Source of the DNA: Deltaproteobacteria bacterium
GTDB lineage: Bacteria; Desulfobacterota; GWC2-55-46; DRME01
Reading direction: 5' to 3'
Assembly (NCBI GenBank): GCA_011375175.1
Contig: DRME01000063.1
Span: 12,182-76,181, forward strand
DNA: 64,000 bases
How positions within the stretch are numbered: position 1 is the stretch's first letter; each line of letters opens with the position of its first letter. Shown here one piece after another: positions 38,128 through 47,804 of the stretch. Below the pieces are notes generated by a model. It saw only the letters and a program-made list of their open reading frames with translations, did no database searches and was not told where the DNA came from. The position numbers were made by a program, and so were the translations under genes.

Positions 38128-38918
38128 TGACAAAGAGCAGGCTCCTGAGGCTTCTCATCGTCCTCACAACGGTCTCTTCCCTTGCGGCCGGCTGCTCGGG
38201 CCGCGGCCGGGTGAGGGAAGGGCAGATACCCTTTGTGGTGGCCGACGACGACAGGACCATAGCCGACTACAGGGTGAAGGAAGATGCGTACAGGCTCGTG
38301 CCCGGCGACGTGGTGCAGGTGCTCGTCTACAACCAGAAGGAGCTGTCCATGAAGATACGGATACCTCCTTCCGGCGTCATCACCTACCCCTTCATAGGAG
38401 ACATAGAGGCCCGGGGGCTCACCGTCCAGGAGCTGAGGGACCGCATAGCCGAGGGACTGGCCTCGGGTTACGTGAAGAGACCCCAGGTGGCCGTCAACCT
38501 CGATACCGTAAAGGGCCGCAAGGTGTACATCCTCGGGGAGGTGACGACCCCCAAGGTCCTGCCCCTTACCGACGAGATGGACGTCGTTGAGGCCCTGTCG
38601 CTGGCGGGAGGGTTCACTCCGTCGGCCGACCGCGAAAACGTCTTCATAATCAGGAAGATCGCCGACGGCAGGAGGGTCATGGATGTGGTCAACATTCAGG
38701 CCTTCCTCAAGGAGCTCGATTTCTCGCAGAACGTGATGCTCCAGGGCGGCGACGTCGTCTACGTATCGAGGTCGCTCATCGGTGACGTGGCGGTCTTCAT
38801 GCGCCACCTCTACACCATAACCATGCCCGTCATGCCCAACCTGATGGAAGGTATCATCCTTACTCCAAGGGTTTACGATACGCTCCAGGGCAAGAGAGAG
38901 CGCGTCTTTATCGACTGA
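38128..38918 (+). CDS. wza: Periplasmic polysaccharide export lipoprotein (Wza/KpsD, Poly_export + SLBB)
   Basis: Lipobox LAAGC. It has LVPGDVVQVLVYNQKELS…VITYPFIGDIEARGLTVQELRDRIAEGL…YILGEV (polysaccharide export motif plus a soluble-ligand-binding beta-grasp). Confidence 0.8.
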
Positions 38919-38956
38919 CGCCGCGAGGGGCCGCAGCGGCGGGGGATCTTGAATAG

Positions 38957-41137
38957 ATGGAGCTGAGGGAATACCTTCGAACCATACTGGCCAGGGCGCG
39001 GCTCATCCTGCTCACAACCCTGGTGACCGTGGTGGTCGCCACGGCGGGCGGCTTCATGAAGACGCCGCGCTACGAGGCGACGACGACGGTCCTCATAAAG
39101 TCGGCGCTCACCCAGTCGCAGGTCAACATCCCCGGCATCCAGCTCTCGGCCACCCAGGACATCCAGAGAAAGGGCGAGACCTTCGGCAGGATACTGAAGA
39201 GCCGTGTCATAGCCGAGAAGACGGTCGATATCCTCGGGCTCGACAGGAAGGTCGCCGCCGGTTCCAAGACCGACCCCCGGCTCGCCGCCGTAAAGACCAT
39301 CCAGAACTCCATCTCGGCCCGGCTGCTCTCCAAGACCTCCATAATGGAGATATCGGTGCTCTATCCCGACCGCGAGCTCGCCGCCGACATAGCCAACACG
39401 GCGGCCAGGGTCTTCGTCGACCACATAGGCGAGATGAACTCGGCCGAGGCGAGGGCGGCCAAGGAGTTCATCATGGAGCGCGTCAGTGTGGCCGAGGCCG
39501 ACCTCAAGGCGGCCCAGGACAGGCTCCGCGAGTTCATCGCCGTCGAGGGCGCCATCTATCCCGAGAGCAAGGCCAACCTCGTGCTCGCCGAGTTCGTGAG
39601 CTTCGAGACGGCGCTCAAGAACACGCAGACCGAGATCGAGCAGGCCAGGAAGAAGATCGAGGAGATCCGCAGGCGGCTGAGCGAGGCCGACAGGACGCTC
39701 AAGACGTCGACCACCACCATAATCAACCCCGTGATCCACAACCTCAAGACAAAGCTCGTGGACGTGGAGGTGCGCAAGGCCAACCTCGCAAGCGAGCTCG
39801 GCCCCAGGCACCCCCGCATACTGGCGCTCACCGAAGAGGCGGCGAGCATACGGCGCGCCATAGACGGCGAGGTCAAGCGCATAGTGGAGAACGAGGTGAC
39901 GTCGATCAACCCCGTCTACCAGCAGCTCATGCAGGAACTGGTGACAAAGGAGATCGACTACGGCGTGTTCGTGGAGAAAGAGCGGGCCATACGCGACATC
40001 ATCTCGACCTTCCCCGTGGAGCTGCGCCTCTCGGCCGAGAAGCAGATAGAGTGGGACACGCTGACCAACTCCGTCAAGTTCGCCCAGAAGAACCTCGACT
40101 CCCTCAAAAGCCAGCTCGAGACGGCCCGCATAAGCGAGGCCAGGAAGATAAGCGAGATAAAGGTCATAGACCCGGCCATCCCGCCCACTTCCCCCAAGGG
40201 CATCCCGCCGCTCGGCTATACGCTCATAGGCCTTGTCGTGGGGCTGCTGGGCGGCGCCTCGCTCGCCTTCCTCATCGAGTACCTCGACGACTCCATAAAG
40301 ACCATAGAGGCCGTCGAGGAAGACCTCCAGCTTCCGGTCTACGGCGTCATCCCCCGGATCGGCTCTTCCAGGAAGAGGAGACGCCGGAGAAAGAAGGAGG
40401 AGGGCGAGGCCGTGGAGGTGACGATGCTCGAGGAGAGGCTCATCACCCACCTCGAGCCCAAGAGTCCCATAGCCGAGGCCTACCGCTCCTTCAGGACCAA
40501 CATCCAGTTCACCGATATCGATGAGCGCACCAAGATACTGCTCTTCACGAGCTCGGTGAAGGGCGAGGGCAAGACGACGACGTCGGCGAACCTTGCCATA
40601 ACCATGGCCCAGCTCGGCAACCGGACCCTCCTCGTCGACGCCGACATGAGAAACCCCATGGTCCACGCCGTCTTCGGGCTCGAGCGCGAGCCCGGCCTCT
40701 CCAACATAATAGGCGGGTTCGGCGATCTCAAGAGCGTCGTCAAGCCCTCCGGCATACGCAACCTCGACATCATAACCTCCGGCCCCATTCCGCCCAACCC
40801 CTCGGAGCTGCTGAACTCGAAGAGGCTCGACATGATGATCGAGCGCCTCAGGGACCGTTACGACTTCATCATATTCGACACGCCGCCCATCATCGCCGTC
40901 ACCGACGCGGCCGTGCTCTGCTCCAAGGTTCACGGCGCGTTCCTGGTCATACGGGGCGGGCAGACGAGCCGGCGGCTCTGTGAAAGGGCAAAGGGGCTTC
41001 TGGAGAAGGTCAACGCAAACCTGCTCGGCGCCGTCATCAACAACGTAAGGATGTCGAGCCGTTACGGATATGAATACTATTACCAGTACTACTATGGCGA
41101 GCAGAAGGGATCGCGGAAAAAGAGACGCCGCAAGTAG
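38957..41137 (+). CDS. wzc: Polysaccharide co-polymerase/BY-kinase (Wzc/ExoP/EpsB-like)
   Basis: It has an N-terminal TM, a long coiled-coil periplasmic Wzz-like region and a second TM. The C-terminal P-loop ATPase has SSVKGEGKTTTSANLA (Walker A), VDADMRNP and IIFDTPP, plus a Tyr-rich tail YGYEYYYQYYYG. Confidence 0.85.
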   Translation: MELREYLRTILARARLILLTTLVTVVVATAGGFMKTPRYEATTTVLIKSALTQSQVNIPGIQLSATQDIQRKGETFGRILKSRVIAEKTVDILGLDRKVAAGSKTDPRLAAVKTIQNSISARLLSKTSIMEISVLYPDRELAADIANTAARVFVDHIGEMNSAEARAAKEFIMERVSVAEADLKAAQDRLREFIAVEGAIYPESKANLVLAEFVSFETALKNTQTEIEQARKKIEEIRRRLSEADRTLKTSTTTIINPVIHNLKTKLVDVEVRKANLASELGPRHPRILALTEEAASIRRAIDGEVKRIVENEVTSINPVYQQLMQELVTKEIDYGVFVEKERAIRDIISTFPVELRLSAEKQIEWDTLTNSVKFAQKNLDSLKSQLETARISEARKISEIKVIDPAIPPTSPKGIPPLGYTLIGLVVGLLGGASLAFLIEYLDDSIKTIEAVEEDLQLPVYGVIPRIGSSRKRRRRRKKEEGEAVEVTMLEERLITHLEPKSPIAEAYRSFRTNIQFTDIDERTKILLFTSSVKGEGKTTTSANLAITMAQLGNRTLLVDADMRNPMVHAVFGLEREPGLSNIIGGFGDLKSVVKPSGIRNLDIITSGPIPPNPSELLNSKRLDMMIERLRDRYDFIIFDTPPIIAVTDAAVLCSKVHGAFLVIRGGQTSRRLCERAKGLLEKVNANLLGAVINNVRMSSRYGYEYYYQYYYGEQKGSRKKRRRK

Positions 41138-41143
41138 GGTCGC

Positions 41144-41947
41144 TTGCCGGGCGGGGCGGCTGCGTTGAACTCCGCCGAAGCTCAGCGGCGGGCGTCCGTT
41201 GCCGACCTCTCGGTGGTCGTGCCGGCCTTCAACGAGCAGGAGCGCATAGCGACGACGCTGGAGCGCATGGTCTCCTATCTCGAGTCCCGGGGCATGGACT
41301 TCGAGGTCGTGGTGGTGAACGACGGGAGCACGGACGCCACGGCCGACATCGTCTCCCGCGCGGCGGACGACAACGGCTCCATAAGGCTCATCGACAACGA
41401 GGGCAACCGGGGCAAGGGCTTTTCGGTGAGGCGCGGGGTGCTCGAGGCCAGGGCCCCCTTCATCCTCTTCTCCGACGCCGACCTCTCAACGCCCATCGAG
41501 GAGATCGAGAAGCTCATGCCCTGCTTCGACGAAGGCTACGACGTGGTCATAGGTTCGCGCAGCCTGCCGGAGTCGAGGATAGTGGTCCATCAGCCCTTCT
41601 ACCGCGAGACCATGGGCCGCGTCTTCAACCTCATAGTCCGCCTGCTGCTGCTCGGCGGCTACAGCGACACCCAGTGCGGCTTCAAGTGCTTCAGGCGCGA
41701 GGCCGCCCGCGAGATATTCGGGCGCTCGGTGCTCGACGGCTTCGCCTTCGACGTGGAGGTCCTCTACCTTGCCGAAAGACTCGGCTACAGCGTGAAGGAG
41801 GTCCCCATAGACTGGTACAACTCGCCCAACACGAGGGTGAGCGCCCTGACCGACTCGGTCAAGATGTTCATGGAAGTGGTCAAGATAAGACTGCGCGACT
41901 ACGACGTCGGGGCCGGCCAGGGTCCGGGGCGCCGGCGCGCCCGATAG
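41144..41947 (+). CDS. GT2 glycosyltransferase, polyprenyl-phosphate glycosyltransferase-like (DPM1/GtrB-like)
   Basis: LSVVVPAFNEQERI…VVVVNDGSTDAT…FSDADLSTPIEEIEKL and …DTQCGFKCF…; a soluble GT-A. Confidence 0.8.
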   Translation: MPGGAAALNSAEAQRRASVADLSVVVPAFNEQERIATTLERMVSYLESRGMDFEVVVVNDGSTDATADIVSRAADDNGSIRLIDNEGNRGKGFSVRRGVLEARAPFILFSDADLSTPIEEIEKLMPCFDEGYDVVIGSRSLPESRIVVHQPFYRETMGRVFNLIVRLLLLGGYSDTQCGFKCFRREAAREIFGRSVLDGFAFDVEVLYLAERLGYSVKEVPIDWYNSPNTRVSALTDSVKMFMEVVKIRLRDYDVGAGQGPGRRRAR

Positions 41948-41976
41948 TCCAGCACAGGGTCGAAAGGGAGGAGAGT

Positions 41977-43629
41977 ATGATGGGATGGGTCCCGGCCGGG
42001 GGACGGCGGCTGACGCAGGTCCTCATGGCTCTTCTGGCGGCGGGCGGGCTCTTCGTCTCTTCCTGCACCACCGCCGACGTGGGTGACGAGGGCGAGGGCG
42101 GCCGCCTCGCCGCCGGTTCGGCGGCGGAGATGGAGCGCCGCGAGCGCAGGGCCCTCGGCCTCGACGACGGCCGCCGGGTCGCGGACGAGGGTGAGGCGGA
42201 CCGCGGGGGGGCAGGCGGGCGGAAGAGCCGCACCGCCGCTCCCCGGAGGCCGGCGCCGCCCTTCAGGGGGGTGGAGACCTCGGGCGAGTATCGGGGCCAC
42301 AGGTGGTTCATCGACAAGGACCACATGCTCTGGTGGGACGGCCGCCCCTACGTCCCCTTCGGAGTCAACCTCTTCGCCAGGACGAGGCGCGAGGTCGACA
42401 TCGCCATGGAGCTGGGGCTCAGGGAGTTCGCCATCTGGATAGGCGACTTCCCGGCCGCAGGCTACGAGCGAAGGGCCGCCGCCATGCTGCGCACCGTCGA
42501 CGACCTGACAAGCTACATAACCGAGAGGGGCGGCACCTACGTCGTCATCCTCGAGCAGGTCTTCACCAGCGACTATACGGGCAGCCGCGGCGACGAGATG
42601 ACCTTCGTCACCATGAGCGAACTCACCGGCAGGCCCCGCTACTTCAGGAAAAAGGCCTTCGGCGGAGGCCCCATACCCCCGCTCCACAAGGAGAATATCC
42701 GCCGCATGACCTTCGACTACTTCAGGATGTTCGGCAAGGCCGTGGCAAAGGACGGGCTCAGGGGCCTGTGTTACCTCAACGAGCTTTCCACAAACATAGG
42801 GCTCGGCGGCGAGTGCCTCGAGTCCTCGGCCAGGGCCGGCGAGATGAAGGACGAGGGTTATCCCGACCTGCGCGACGAGCCGGTCCTGCTCGAAGCCTAC
42901 CGCCGCTGGCTGGCCGGGCGCTTCGGCTCCGTCGGGGAGCTCAACGCGCGGCTCGGCACGGACTACGGCGGCTTCGACGAGGTGGAGTGGGTGACGCCCG
43001 CCGACATCACCTATTCGCGCCATCCCTGCCGCAGCCTCCGGGTGCGCGACGACATACAGAACCGCTTCTGGGTCGACTTCTGGGCCGGCCAGTACGTCTC
43101 CTACGCCCGCAAGGCGAGGGAGCTCATCGGCGATGTGCCCTTCTTCTCGAAGGCCCTGGACTACGAGTTCCACCGCTACTCGCTGGAAGAGGCCATAGTG
43201 ACGGCCGGCACCGACGGCATCGGCCACGACATCTACAGGGTCGTCAACACCACGGAGATCGCCGAGCGCGAGGAACTCGGCCTCCCGGCCTCTCTCGACC
43301 TCGACTTCGAGGCCATGCTCGCCGCGGCGCAGAACGCCTCGGGCCGCACAAAGCTCTTCTGGGTGCCCGAGCACGGCTCGGGCGATGCCGAGAGGATGCT
43401 CGTCTTCGGCAGCCGCAGGGAGCTGGAGGAGTTTCTACTCGACATGGTGGAACGGGGGGCCAAGGGCTTTTTCACATACCAGCCCGTGGACCCGGCCACG
43501 GTTCGCGGCGGGGAGCTCAAGGAGCTCGTGGCGAGGTCCCTTCGCTGGCACGCCGAACTCCGCGGGTCGGTGATCGGCGAGGCGACGAGGCGCTCGGAGA
43601 AGGCGGGGGCGGCAGGTCGTGAGAAGTGA
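41977..43629 (+). CDS. Hypothetical secreted lipoprotein, possible glycan-processing enzyme
   Basis: ATG preceded by GGGAGG. Signal plus lipobox is LLAAGGLFVSSC. The ~550-aa protein has no motif I can assign. The track ORF's N-terminal extension overlaps the GT2 gene out of frame. Confidence 0.55.
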   Translation: MMGWVPAGGRRLTQVLMALLAAGGLFVSSCTTADVGDEGEGGRLAAGSAAEMERRERRALGLDDGRRVADEGEADRGGAGGRKSRTAAPRRPAPPFRGVETSGEYRGHRWFIDKDHMLWWDGRPYVPFGVNLFARTRREVDIAMELGLREFAIWIGDFPAAGYERRAAAMLRTVDDLTSYITERGGTYVVILEQVFTSDYTGSRGDEMTFVTMSELTGRPRYFRKKAFGGGPIPPLHKENIRRMTFDYFRMFGKAVAKDGLRGLCYLNELSTNIGLGGECLESSARAGEMKDEGYPDLRDEPVLLEAYRRWLAGRFGSVGELNARLGTDYGGFDEVEWVTPADITYSRHPCRSLRVRDDIQNRFWVDFWAGQYVSYARKARELIGDVPFFSKALDYEFHRYSLEEAIVTAGTDGIGHDIYRVVNTTEIAEREELGLPASLDLDFEAMLAAAQNASGRTKLFWVPEHGSGDAERMLVFGSRRELEEFLLDMVERGAKGFFTYQPVDPATVRGGELKELVARSLRWHAELRGSVIGEATRRSEKAGAAGREK

Positions 43630-44998
43630 CCTCCTCCACGACGGCGGGCTCGTGAGAAGCCTTGCGCTCACCTCGGCGGCCGGGGTGGTCCTCGGGGGGA
43701 TCGTGCTGGCGGCCGGCCCGCTTGCGCCTTTCGTGGTCATCGGCGGCGCGCTGGCGGCGGCCTCGTTCCTCGTGCCGCAGCTCTGGCTCTTCATCACCGT
43801 CGTCTTCTCGCTCGGCGTGCCGGGGCTGCCGCTCAAGAAACCGCTCTTCGCCGTGCTGCTCGTCGTCGCCGCCCCGGCGCTCGTCTCGCGCATCAGGCCC
43901 TACACGGGCGAAGGCCGCGTCGTCTATGCCGCCGGCTTCCTCGCGGCCCTTCTCGTTTCGTTCGTGGCCGGCACGCACGGAAGAGACGTGGTGGTCACGG
44001 CCGAGTCCGTGGCCCCGGTGGTGCTCTTCTTCGTGGTCCTCACCTGCATCGACTCGCTCGAGCGCGTCTACAGGCTCGTGGGCGCCGTAATCTTAAGCGG
44101 TGTCCTCCTCACTCTGTTCCGCTTGACCAACTCGCCGCTGCTGCTCGGCTGGGCCGTGGACCACGTGGCCCTCGGCGCCGTCCTCCTCAAGAGCTTCATC
44201 CTGAGCTCCTTTCTGCTGCTGAGCGGCGCCACCGGGCGCAGGGAGGCGCTCTTTGCCGCGAGCTTCTTCATATGCGTGGGCCTCATGCTGGCGCTCAGCA
44301 AGACCATGTTCATCACCCTGGCCATCCTCCTCGCCGTGGGACTCTTTTTCACGGAGCTGCGCCGCAAGTTCCTCTACTTCATCGTCATACTCTCCTTCGT
44401 CATGCTCGTGCTCCCTCTTTTCATAAGCCCCAGGTTCTTCCTCATCCCCCTCGACGTGGCGCCCACGGGACACCCGGTGCTCTACATGCTCACCGACGCC
44501 ATGTCGAATATAGAGAATCCCGAGGGCACGACCCTTGGCGGCAGGCTCACGGACCTCAAGCGCGGCTTGAACTACCTGGAGGAGCATCCAGGCACGCTCC
44601 TTACCGGTGTGGGCGTAGGCATGGCGACCAAGGCCGTCTACTACTCGCACCTGGCCATAGGGGAGACGGTCTCCCACGGTTTCTTCACGAGCGGCTACCT
44701 GACCATGCTCATCGAGATCGGGACGATGGGGCTTGTCTTCTTTCTGCTGCTGATAGTGACGTCGCTTCGCGATCTCCTGAAACTCATGGCCCGTTACAGG
44801 CGCACGGGACGCACAAGGGAGCTCTATCTCTGCCTCGCCCTCTTCATGATCGTCGTGGGCGTACTCATCGAGGCCCTCGTGGGACACGCGGTCATAGATT
44901 ACATCCTGTGGATATCCTTCGCCCTTACGTCCATACTCAAGCGGCTTGACGAGGGGGGTGGAGAGGGCGGCCCCGAGGCCGCCGGCCGTCATGGATAG
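43619..44998 (+). CDS. O-antigen ligase/polymerase family membrane protein (Wzy-like)
   Basis: 459 aa with ~10–12 TM helices and a periplasmic loop (…HPVLYMLTDAMSNIENPEGTTLGGRLTDLKRGLNYLEEHPGTLLTGVGVG…), as in the Wzy_C/O-antigen ligase family. Confidence 0.65.
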   Translation: MRSDLLHDGGLVRSLALTSAAGVVLGGIVLAAGPLAPFVVIGGALAAASFLVPQLWLFITVVFSLGVPGLPLKKPLFAVLLVVAAPALVSRIRPYTGEGRVVYAAGFLAALLVSFVAGTHGRDVVVTAESVAPVVLFFVVLTCIDSLERVYRLVGAVILSGVLLTLFRLTNSPLLLGWAVDHVALGAVLLKSFILSSFLLLSGATGRREALFAASFFICVGLMLALSKTMFITLAILLAVGLFFTELRRKFLYFIVILSFVMLVLPLFISPRFFLIPLDVAPTGHPVLYMLTDAMSNIENPEGTTLGGRLTDLKRGLNYLEEHPGTLLTGVGVGMATKAVYYSHLAIGETVSHGFFTSGYLTMLIEIGTMGLVFFLLLIVTSLRDLLKLMARYRRTGRTRELYLCLALFMIVVGVLIEALVGHAVIDYILWISFALTSILKRLDEGGGEGGPEAAGRHG

Positions 44999-46535
44999 CC
45001 TGCGCGTCGACGAAAGGGAGCCGCCCCTGGCCGTCGCGGTTGTCGCGGCGGCCTCTATGCTCTGCGCGGTCCTCATCCTCCGGGACCTGCCGGCAAGGAG
45101 CCTCTGGACCGACGAGTTCACGAGCATCGATGTCGCCTCGCTTCCGCTGCGCGAGATCGCGGCCTGGGCGGCCGGCGACGTCCATCCCCCGCTCTATTAC
45201 GTCCTCCTCCACTTCTGGAGGGAGCTCGCAGGAGCGGGCGAGACTGCGGCCCGCATATTCTCGGTGCTGCCGGCCGCGGCCACGGTCCCCCTCGTCTACC
45301 TCTCGGCGCGGCATGTGGCGGGCTGGAGGGTGGGGCTTCTGACCGCCGTGATGCTGGCCGTCTCGCCGCTTCTCGTGCTGCGCGGCGGCATGGTGCGCTG
45401 GTACACACTGGCCCTCGCTCTCTCGTGGGCGTCCATACTCTTTTTCCTGCGGGCCGTCGAGGGGGGAGGGCTGCGCCGCTGGGCGCTCTACGCGGCGGCC
45501 ACGACGCTGCTCATATACACCCACTACCTGCCGGGGAGCATCGTCATCGGCCAGGGCCTCTATCTCCTCATCGAGCACCGCCGGGACCGGCGTCTTGCGC
45601 GAAACTTCTTCCTCGCCCTCTCGGCCGTGGCGCTTTTGTACCTGCCGCAGCTCGGCGTGCTGGCAAGTCAGCTTCTCTACGCGCCGCACCACGGCTCGCC
45701 GGCGCCCATGGCCTACGGCCTCAAGGGCGCCGTGGTGAAGGCGGGCTACACGCTCTACGCCTTCGCCCTCGGCGAGACCGTCCTGCCCTGGGACCTGAAG
45801 GTCACGGCCGCCGCTGCCGCCGCCTTCGCCGCCGCCGCGCTCGCCGGTCTCGTCGGGGCCTGGAGAGTGCGCGGGGTCCCGGCCTTCGTCCTCTGCTTTC
45901 TCATCGTGCCTCTCGTCTTCCTCATACTCCTTACGGCCACGGTCTTTCCGTCCGAATCGTTCCACCTCTTTCCGGGTCTTCTGCTCTTTGTCCTCCCAAC
46001 CTTCTACCTGACGGCGGCCATCGGCCTCACGGTCCTTCCGGCAAGGCTCTCGGCGGTCTCTTTCGCCGTCATCGTGGCGGCCTGGTGCTACTCGCTGGGC
46101 AACCTCTATGCGAAGCGGGGCTACATAAATCCGAATTATGTGATACCATGGAGAGAGGCGGCCGCCGTGCTCGAAGAGCGGGTGAGGCCCGGCGAGCTCG
46201 TCATAGCCACGGACAGGTCGCTCTATTATTACCGCCGGGGCGTGGACATGGTGCTTCTCGACGAGACGAAACGGAAGGGCGCGGTGGAGGAGACGGTGGA
46301 GAGGAGCGCTCCGCCCGCGCTGTGGCTCCAGGTGCGAGATCGGGGCAACCCGGAGGATACGCGCCACATCGAGACCTTTCGCCGCAGCCTCTCCGGCCGC
46401 TACAGACTCGCCTCGGCCCTGGGCTTCGTGGCCGAGGACCCGATGACGGTGAGCTTCAAGGAGCGCCTTCTCCGGCGTCCCGTACCGAAGTACAAACTCA
46501 TGATCTACCGCTATGTAAAAAAAGAAGAAGGATGA
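44989..46535 (+). CDS. GT-C family glycosyltransferase (ArnT/PMT-like, GT39/GT83-like)
   Basis: Polytopic. It has LWTDEFTS (a DE motif in the first extracytoplasmic loop) and HPPLYYVLLHFW. It has ~11 TM helices and a soluble C-terminal domain. Confidence 0.6.
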
Positions 46536-47701
46536 GAGAGAGAGAGGGACCGGCATACTGGCTGGTGAACATTGCGATGGTCCTGGCCGTCGTGGCGGCG
46601 GCGCTTGTGCTCTTCGAGTGGTGGGCCAGGGCCACGGGACGATTCGTGCCGGAGGACAAGAGCCGCATAAGGGCCGAGGAGAGGCTCTACTTCCTCAAGG
46701 ACGACACGCTCGGCTGGATAGGAAAGCCCAAGGCCTCCTACAAGGTCAGGGGCACGCGGGAGGACACGGTGGTGCTCAACAACTCGCTGGGCCTGCGCGA
46801 CCGCGAGTTCGCCGCCGACAGGCCCGCCGGCACCACACGCATAGCCCTGCTCGGCGACTCCTTCATCTGGGGGTTCGGCACCGAGAGGGCCGAGGACCGC
46901 TTCGGCGACGTGCTCGAGGAGCTCCTGCGCCGCCGGGGCCTAAAGGTCGAGGTCTACAACTTCGCCATAGCCGGCTGGGGCACGGACCAGCAGTATCTCG
47001 CCTACAGGCGTATAGTCTCCGCCTACAACCCCGATCTCGTCATCCTGGCCTATTACGTCAACGACGCCCTCGACAACGTGACGCGCCAGGGCAAGCCCTA
47101 CTTCGAGATCGTCGGCGACGGGCTCGAGCTGCGCAACGTGCCCGTGAGCCGCGAGGGCGAGCAGGAGTGGGCCGAGGAGGGGACCATGGGGGGGCTCAAG
47201 ACCTTCCTCGGCACGAGGTCGTACACCTACCGGCTCCTCCGGGACCTGACAAAGCGCAGCGCCCTCTTCTTCAACACCATGGTCTCGCTGGGACTGCTCG
47301 ACGACCCGTTCGAGGGGCGCGACCCCGCCTACCTGCGCAGGCTCGCCTCGATGCTCATAAGGCGTCTGGCCGAAGAGGTGAAAAAGGACGGGGCCGAGCT
47401 CATGCTCCTCTTCATACCCGACAGGGCCGAGGTGGAGGGAGAGCCCATGGACTACGTGATGCGCAGGATCGTGGAGGTGAAGGACGGCCTGGCCGGCGAA
47501 GACTTCGGCGTGCCGTCGCTGGACCTCACGCCGCTGCTCGCCGCCGAGGCGGCCCGCTCGCAGCGGCCTCTGTACCAGCGCTTCGACGGCCGCCACTGGA
47601 CCGTTGAAGGAAACCGCTTCGTGGCGCGGGCCGTGGCGGCGTTCCTCGAGGAGCGCCGCCTCGCGCCCTTTTCCCGCAGGGAAAGTTTTCCGCCTAAATA
47701 A
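46532..47701 (+). CDS. SGNH/GDSL-family hydrolase (putative polysaccharide O-acetyl esterase/acyltransferase), membrane-anchored
   Basis: ATGA overlaps the upstream stop. It has an N-terminal TM, LLGDSFIWGFG (the GDS block), …GWGTDQQ… and DLVILAYYVND. Confidence 0.65.
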   Translation: MREREGPAYWLVNIAMVLAVVAAALVLFEWWARATGRFVPEDKSRIRAEERLYFLKDDTLGWIGKPKASYKVRGTREDTVVLNNSLGLRDREFAADRPAGTTRIALLGDSFIWGFGTERAEDRFGDVLEELLRRRGLKVEVYNFAIAGWGTDQQYLAYRRIVSAYNPDLVILAYYVNDALDNVTRQGKPYFEIVGDGLELRNVPVSREGEQEWAEEGTMGGLKTFLGTRSYTYRLLRDLTKRSALFFNTMVSLGLLDDPFEGRDPAYLRRLASMLIRRLAEEVKKDGAELMLLFIPDRAEVEGEPMDYVMRRIVEVKDGLAGEDFGVPSLDLTPLLAAEAARSQRPLYQRFDGRHWTVEGNRFVARAVAAFLEERRLAPFSRRESFPPK

Positions 47702-47734
47702 TGGGAGTTCCACGGGGCGGGCCGTTTAAACCTC

Positions 47735-47763
47735 TTGACAGAAGTTACGGATATTTATATGAT
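47735..47763 (+). promoter_or_regulatory. Putative sigma70-type promoter for ffh
   Basis: TTGACA (47735–47740), then a 17-nt spacer, then TATGAT (47758–47763). It lies ~45 nt upstream of the ffh ATG in an AT-richer patch. Confidence 0.5.
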
Positions 47764-47804
47764 TAAACATTCTCTTTTTGACGGGTGAGAAGGGACTGCA
47801 TCGT

